Source: Bacillota bacterium (GTDB taxonomy: Bacteria; Bacillota; DTU025). Taken from it: a stretch of 64,000 bases of DNA. The translations under genes were made by a program, and so were the position numbers. This document shows, one piece after another, positions 62,788-64,000 of the stretch. The notes beneath the pieces were generated by a model, which saw only the letters and a program-made list of their open reading frames with translations, did no database searches and had not been told where the DNA came from. Where the stretch lies: the NCBI GenBank assembly GCA_050951805.1, contig JBMNJT010000002.1:832001-896000 (forward strand). Reading direction: 5' to 3'. Positions within the stretch are counted from its first letter, which is position 1, and every line of letters begins with the position of its first letter.

Positions 62788-63969
62788 GTGAAGCGAAAGA
62801 TGATTGTGTTACTCATCCTTGCGCTTGCCATCTGCAGTCTGCCAGGGGCCACTGCTGAGAAGAAACTTACAGTGATTAGCGGATGGTCAGGGCCTGAGAT
62901 GGATGCGTTCATGCCCGTGTTGAAGGCATTTGAAAAGGAAACCGGAATCCGTGTGGACTACCAGATTTATCGAGCAGAAGATTTGGCGGTCTTGCTTCCT
63001 GCTCAGTTTAATGCCAAAACTACGCCTGGGGACGTCATATACATGTGGTCGTGGTTTATTACCAAACATGCAAAAGATGGCCATGTGCTTGAGATGACCG
63101 GGAGCCTTAAGGATGCCGACTTCATTCCAGGGGCGCTTGATGCCGTCAAGGTCGATAACAAGCTGTGGGGCGGGGTATATACCGGCAAGGTGAAGCCGGG
63201 GTTCTGGTACCGGAAATCGTTTTTCAAAAAGCATGGACTTTCCGAGCCGAAAACATGGGATGAATTCGTCGCACTCTGCGCCAAACTCCAGAAGATATCC
63301 GGCGTAAAGGCACCAATTGCCAGCGGAAATGGGGTTGGGTGGCCTCTGTCCGACATTACGGAGCATTTCATCGCTACATATGCCGGTCCTCAGGTGACAT
63401 ACGGTTTGATAGACAAGAAAGTCAAGTGGACTGATCCTGTGGTGAAATCCGTATTTACAGATAGGATTGTTCCGCTGCTCAAAGCGGGTTACTTTAGCGA
63501 ACCGATTGAGTGGACCATGGCTCTCGATCTATGGTGGAGGGGAGACTATGGTCTTTACTTCATGGGCAGCTGGATCACGGGCATGGTTGATAACCCAGAT
63601 GATCTGGGCGTTTTCTCTTTACCAGGATGCGAAGGCATAGTATTTGCGCCTGACTACGCTTTTGTGCCAGCCTACACCAAATATCCTGCAGAGGCCAGAA
63701 AACTCCTCGCCTTCCTCTCAACTAAGGGTCAGGAGATACAGGTTTCCACAGGTGGACATATTGCTACATACAAGGTTCCGCTCAACGCCTATCCCCCTGT
63801 TGACCGCGGGGTAGCCTCCCTTCTCAAGGGAGTTGTTGCTCTGCCCGACCTTGATGATACTATCGGAGGCGAGTGGCAGGCGGCGTTCTGGGATCAGCTC
63901 AAACTGCTCTGGGTGAGCCCAGGCAGGGTCAATGAGGTCCTTGAGAATCTGCAGCGGAAGGCCAATTAA
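62788..63969 (+). CDS. Sugar ABC transporter substrate-binding protein (alpha-glucoside-binding-like)
   Basis: GTG after GGAGG; signal peptide; WSGPE, FWYRK, PKTWDE, GWPLSD, MGSWI. Confidence 0.85.
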   Translation: MKRKMIVLLILALAICSLPGATAEKKLTVISGWSGPEMDAFMPVLKAFEKETGIRVDYQIYRAEDLAVLLPAQFNAKTTPGDVIYMWSWFITKHAKDGHVLEMTGSLKDADFIPGALDAVKVDNKLWGGVYTGKVKPGFWYRKSFFKKHGLSEPKTWDEFVALCAKLQKISGVKAPIASGNGVGWPLSDITEHFIATYAGPQVTYGLIDKKVKWTDPVVKSVFTDRIVPLLKAGYFSEPIEWTMALDLWWRGDYGLYFMGSWITGMVDNPDDLGVFSLPGCEGIVFAPDYAFVPAYTKYPAEARKLLAFLSTKGQEIQVSTGGHIATYKVPLNAYPPVDRGVASLLKGVVALPDLDDTIGGEWQAAFWDQLKLLWVSPGRVNEVLENLQRKAN

Positions 63970-64000
63970 TCGTAATTGGTAGGGCTCCGGAGCAACCAAT

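Noticed and set aside
54456-64000. Genomic island integrated at ssrA
   Set aside because: No integrase and no duplicated ssrA 3' end seen in the window.

Overview
Chromosomal segment of a spore-forming, probably anaerobic Bacillota (Firmicutes) bacterium. A beta-barrel-like protein and a non-lipoprotein sugar-binding protein hint at a diderm lineage (inference). In order: the 3' part of a class C-like group II intron; a HAD hydrolase; a heterodimeric ABC exporter; sporulation and germination genes (tandem sleB paralogs plus ypeB, a cwlD-GerMN fusion, DUF1540, spmAB); murA with the Cys-to-Asp active-site change; an AmmeMemoRadiSam pair; argF; a putative outer-membrane beta-barrel with a long structured leader; a LysM L,D-transpeptidase; a ~14 kb alpha-glucan locus (msmX, ROK kinase, membrane-anchored DOMON protein, membrane-anchored GH57 lacking catalytic residues, GT4, NDP-sugar pyrophosphorylase/pseudo-mutase fusion, two divergent GH57 branching enzymes, DUF4912) interrupted by an ORF-less, domain-V-less intron relic; rapZ-yvcK-(spmBA)-whiA-rpoN-cggR-gap-pgk-tpi-eno; a P1 peptidase with a PanT-like S component; an intact ISLre2 element with a 9-bp target duplication; secG, smpB and tmRNA; a selenocysteine peroxiredoxin missed by the ORF track; decayed minor-pilin genes; rnhC, fprA, a macrodomain protein; and the start of a LacI-regulated sugar ABC system. 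The best candidate for an undescribed system is the alpha-glucan locus with its surface pseudo-GH57/DOMON pair. All family calls come from motif recognition by eye, with no database search.
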